19,730 nucleotides of DNA, from NCBI GenBank assembly GCA_048941015.1, contig JBHLNZ010000054.1, positions 1 through 19,730 of the forward strand. Direction: 5' to 3'. The stretch's first letter is position 1; each line of letters begins with the position of its first letter. The notes beneath the pieces were generated by a model, which was given only the letters and a program-made list of their open reading frames with translations, was not told the origin of the DNA and did no database searches. The translations under genes were made by a program, and so were the position numbers. Shown here piece after piece: positions 16,383 through 19,730 of this stretch. Origin of the DNA: Promethearchaeota archaeon. Its GTDB lineage: Archaea; Asgardarchaeota; Lokiarchaeia; Sigyniarchaeales; SOKP01.

Positions 16383-17357
16383 TCATTTCGGTTTCTTCAA
16401 CTTTTCTAGAGAAAGCTCTTGTTCTTGTTCTTTTTTGATTCTCTGAATCTGATTTTTTATTGCTTGTTCTTCTTTTTTTTTTAAATCTTCTTCATTTAAT
16501 GTTAGTGCTTTTAATTCTGTTTCTGTCATTGGTTTTAAGATATTTTTGATACTAAATCCTGAATGTTCTTCAGTGGATTTTTGAAAGATTGATTTCATTT
16601 CTTTAATTACTAATATTTTTGCTGAGGATGCTGCTCCTTGAATTAAACTTTGACCTGAAGGTGGTCTTTTAATCCTCTCAATACCACCCCCTTGTGTACT
16701 TTTAATGATAGGAACAGGAGGAAACTGATTGTTATTATTAAATGACATGTTTTTCAATATAACGGCTAAATTCTTTAATTGTTCTTCAATATTTTTTAAA
16801 GTCTGATTATTTTCGCCTATCATAGAAATTAGAGTTCCTTCATCAGAAATATTCTGAATTTTCTGTTTTTCATACACAAAAGTTCTTTTTGTTTCTCTTT
16901 TTTCTGAATCAGTCTTAATTTCTTCAAAAATCTTTTCTTGAGTATATGTTGTTTTAAGATTATTCTTTAAACTTAAGTCTTCAAACTTATAGCCTGCGTA
17001 ACAATCATCATTATGAACAATTTCAGAGATATTAAAATTTTCTCTAAAAGGATATTCTATACGCTTCCCACTATGCAAAAAAATCATCAATCTCAAGATC
17101 TTTATTTGTAGATCATCATAAATATTAACTAAGTCAAGATCTATAGAAAATGATAAGAAATTCTCAGAATGATATATGTTTTTAATAGATATTAAATATG
17201 GAGGTTCTTTATAAAGAAGTTCTGGTTTTGAGATTTCAAATTGAAGATTTAAGCGTTGAATCGAATATGGAAGAATTATAACTTGTTCTTCCTCATTCTT
17301 TTTGAATTCTAAAAATAATTTTTGCTGATCGTCCCAAAATATTTGGAACAATTCCAT
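16383..17357 (-). CDS. Hypothetical protein with predicted coiled-coil and Pro-rich segments
   Basis: 324-aa open frame with ATG start; no recognised family. Confidence 0.75.
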   Translation of the reverse strand: MELFQIFWDDQQKLFLEFKKNEEEQVIILPYSIQRLNLQFEISKPELLYKEPPYLISIKNIYHSENFLSFSIDLDLVNIYDDLQIKILRLMIFLHSGKRIEYPFRENFNISEIVHNDDCYAGYKFEDLSLKNNLKTTYTQEKIFEEIKTDSEKRETKRTFVYEKQKIQNISDEGTLISMIGENNQTLKNIEEQLKNLAVILKNMSFNNNNQFPPVPIIKSTQGGGIERIKRPPSGQSLIQGAASSAKILVIKEMKSIFQKSTEEHSGFSIKNILKPMTETELKALTLNEEDLKKKEEQAIKNQIQRIKKEQEQELSLEKLKKPK

Positions 17358-17471
17358 TTTGAGTTATAACCCTTATATTTTAGCTTAAATCTTGCAACAA
17401 GATTATTTTAATATATGGATCAAACGTTATCTTTAAAATGTAGCGAGTTTAAAAAATTAATAATTTTCAAA

Positions 17472-17858
17472 TTATATTTTTCTCAATCTAGATAAATAAT
17501 AGACAGGTTTTTTCAATTTATTCTCAAAATAGTCTATCTCTTCTCTTGATTGTTCACCAATATAATTATCTACATCAAGAACTAAAATTGATTCTTGATC
17601 GAGTAATTTTTTCAAAGCAATTTCTTGAAGTTTAGCCCATTCATTTGGAGAAAAAATGTCTTTATTCAATAAACCGTCAACAGAGCATATTGAAACAATT
17701 TTGTTGTAAATTATTTGAAGGATTGATTCTATTTTAATAAAATATTCTTTTGCTTTTGTTATAGATCCAACTAAATATACCTTGTTTTCCTTAATTTTAT
17801 TAAAATCATAAATTTCGAATTCTTCTAAGAAAGTATTTGTTAACCTTTTTTTATTCAT
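17472..17858 (-). CDS. Nucleoside 2-deoxyribosyltransferase-like (DUF4406-like) small Rossmann-type protein
   Basis: KVYLVGS N-terminal strand; ESILVLD..NYIGEQSREEI.Y......KPVYY. ATG 17858 preferred over GTG 17894. Confidence 0.55.
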   Translation of the reverse strand: MNKKRLTNTFLEEFEIYDFNKIKENKVYLVGSITKAKEYFIKIESILQIIYNKIVSICSVDGLLNKDIFSPNEWAKLQEIALKKLLDQESILVLDVDNYIGEQSREEIDYFENKLKKPVYYLSRLRKI

Positions 17859-17894
17859 AATATTAATTAACTCTCGATTATATTTAATCCTCAC

Positions 17895-18719
17895 ATGAAA
17901 TTGGACTCCGTTTATTTGTCTGACAACTTAGAGTTCTTAAGAAGTCTAGAAGATAATTTTATAGATTTAATTTATATTGATCCTCCCTTTTTTAGTGGAG
18001 TTGATTATAAAGAATTTTCTGATTTGTGGAAATCTTTAGAAGAATATCTAAACTTTATGGAATTAAGAATAAAAGAAATTTATCGTGTGTTAAAGGATAC
18101 TGGAAGTTTCTATATTCATTGCGATGCAAATGCTGTTTTTGATCTAAAAACCTTATGTGATAAACTCTTTGGAAAGAATAATTTTCGAAGAGAAATTATT
18201 TGGAATGTTGGGAGTGTTTCAGGTTTTAAAAGCCAAGTCAGAGGATGGGTCAGACAACATGATAATATACTATATTACACGAAATCAGACAAATTTACTT
18301 TTAATAAGCAATACACACCCTATAAAGAAGAATATATAAAAAAAATGTTCCGTTATAAGGATGAAAAAGGACGTTTATACAGAAAAAGACGGGGTGGAAG
18401 ACAGTATTTAGATGAAAAACCCGGTAATTTAATAGGAGATGTATGGACCGATATTATGGGTGATGTTTGGAATGATATATATTCCTTTCAAACCCGTACA
18501 AGGTCAAAAGAGTATTTAGGTTATCCTACTCAAAAACCAACAGAATTACTTGAAAGAGTAATTTTAGCATCATCAAATAAAGGAGATTTAGTCGCCGATT
18601 TCTTTTGTGGGACTGGAACGACATTATTGGCAGCAAAAAAGTTAAAAAGGAAATGGATTGGAGTAGATAGTAATCCTAAGGCAATAGAATTATGTAAAAA
18701 AAGATTAAATATCATTTAA
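17895..18719 (+). CDS. Site-specific DNA methyltransferase (N6A/N4C, beta class), orphan
   Basis: DLIYIDPPF (motif IV) precedes YPTQKP and DFFCGTGTT (motif I), the beta-class order. Confidence 0.92.
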   Translation: MKLDSVYLSDNLEFLRSLEDNFIDLIYIDPPFFSGVDYKEFSDLWKSLEEYLNFMELRIKEIYRVLKDTGSFYIHCDANAVFDLKTLCDKLFGKNNFRREIIWNVGSVSGFKSQVRGWVRQHDNILYYTKSDKFTFNKQYTPYKEEYIKKMFRYKDEKGRLYRKRRGGRQYLDEKPGNLIGDVWTDIMGDVWNDIYSFQTRTRSKEYLGYPTQKPTELLERVILASSNKGDLVADFFCGTGTTLLAAKKLKRKWIGVDSNPKAIELCKKRLNII

Positions 18720-18764
18720 AATAATTTTATTCAAATTAATTTTCAATAGACAAATGTGATAATA

Positions 18765-19115
18765 ATGGATAATAAATTCGCTTTATTTGCATTTAATGGA
18801 GATCCTATGTGTTTTATTCATGTTATTCTTAATGCGTTAGATCTTAATGAAAAAGGCTTTGAAGCAAAAGTTATTGTTGAAGGTTCAGCAACGAAATTAG
18901 CTGGTCAATTTGAAGATAAGAAAAACCCTTTTTATGATAAGTATCAAGAATTAAAAAATTCAGGTTTAGTAGATTGTTTTTGTAAAGCTTGTAGTAGTAA
19001 GATGGGATCTTTATCAGAAGTAGAAAAGCTAGGATTTCCTACTTGTTCAGAGTTAATGGGACATCCAGCAATGTCAAAGTACCTTGAAGAAGGATATACT
19101 ATAATAACATTTTAA
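18765..19115 (+). CDS. DsrE-like small redox/sulfur-relay family protein
   Basis: FNGDPMCFIHVILNALDL, VIVEG.ATK, CFCKACS, GHP.M..Y.EEGY.IITF. ORF track start GTG 18756. Confidence 0.7.
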   Translation: MDNKFALFAFNGDPMCFIHVILNALDLNEKGFEAKVIVEGSATKLAGQFEDKKNPFYDKYQELKNSGLVDCFCKACSSKMGSLSEVEKLGFPTCSELMGHPAMSKYLEEGYTIITF

Positions 19116-19154
19116 TTAAAAGATTTTTCAATTAATAAACGAAGAAAAAAGTAA

Positions 19155-19532
19155 TTATTTTCTAATTTTAATTTCTTTGATACCTAACCACTCTTTTGCT
19201 TCATTAAGAGTAGATACTATTTTTCTTTTTGGAGATTGAGCTTTCTCTAAAATAAATTTAAATTCTTTACCTAATGGGGGATTATTGGAAATTAAAAAAG
19301 CAGATCTATAGAGCTTTTCATTATCCCTCTTTAAAAGATTTAAAATGCTCTCTATTGACTCTATTTTTAATAAAATAGCATCAGTAATATCAACAATTAC
19401 TTTTAGGTTACTTTTGATATCTTTTGTCAAATCTTCAAATTCTTTAACAAAATTTTCAGCAATTAATGGAGGAAATGTTCCAATCGCTTTTATATAGAAA
19501 GTAGTATCGTCAAGTTTTTCAATTTGGTACAT
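19155..19532 (-). CDS. STAS/SEC14 (SpoIIAA-like) domain protein
   Basis: VIVDITDA, RSAFLIS and terminal TLNEAKEWL pattern; 125 aa. Confidence 0.6.
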   Translation of the reverse strand: MYQIEKLDDTTFYIKAIGTFPPLIAENFVKEFEDLTKDIKSNLKVIVDITDAILLKIESIESILNLLKRDNEKLYRSAFLISNNPPLGKEFKFILEKAQSPKRKIVSTLNEAKEWLGIKEIKIRK

Positions 19533-19701
19533 TTAACATTTATCTCTTTTTTATTTAATTAAATTATAGATAAACTGGATTAATAAATATTTTACATTTA
19601 ACCCTATGTAATTTAGGAATATGATATGATGATAAACATAATTTTAAATATCTGCAGTTTCTTATTTGAAATAAAATGATACACTAAAGAGTTGAGATTT
19701 T

Positions 19702-19730
19702 ATGGGAAAAGAGAAAGAGAAAGATAAAAA
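19702..19730 (+). CDS. Possible 5' start of a CDS running off the window (MGKEKEKDK...)
   Basis: ATG at 19702 followed by a purine-rich open frame; too short to verify. Confidence 0.3.

Noticed and set aside
16374-16385. UGA stop of the 324-aa hypothetical protein as a possible Sec codon
   Set aside because: Two codons to the next stop, no redox motif and no SECIS-like hairpin seen.
2880-18715. Short overlapping ORFs in the track (2880-3101, 4350-4550, 4970-5185, 6832-7035, 6969-7367, 8046-8294, 10229-10585, 10900-11184, 11546-11746, 12942-13238, 18157-18339, 18530-18715)
   Set aside because: Each lies within or almost wholly within a better-supported gene in another frame or strand and shows no motifs.
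1-19730. CRISPR arrays, tRNA/rRNA genes, transposases, integrases, reverse transcriptases
   Set aside because: None recognised on either strand.

Overview
AT-rich archaeal window, most likely Asgard/Lokiarchaeia (inferred from a Loki-type profilin, a GPN-loop GTPase, TrmB and Lrp regulators, GGTGA/GAGG ribosome-binding sites and frequent GTG/TTG starts). It holds about 22 protein genes: the 3' end of a Zn-dependent deacetylase, a CoiA-like nuclease, an M23 peptidase, a minus-strand sugar-catabolism cluster (xylulokinase, SDR, TrmB, ThuA, Gfo/Idh/MocA), profilin, Lrp, SlyD-like FKBP, a DRE-TIM homocitrate/isopropylmalate synthase, an IFT52-like GIFT-domain protein, an NDP-sugar nucleotidyltransferase, GPN GTPase, an orphan DNA methyltransferase, DsrE-like and STAS-like proteins. 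The main observation is missing from the ORF track: a 63-aa single-pass membrane ORF on the minus strand (6545-6354) with an in-frame UGA in a G-D-G-U-P-C motif, followed immediately by a eukaryote-type SECIS-like kink-turn hairpin. This is a candidate small membrane selenoprotein. Also notable are a ~145-nt structured ncRNA candidate (2426-2569) and a GPN GTPase whose P-loop has no upstream ATG/GTG/TTG. All family calls come from motif recognition by eye; no searches were run.
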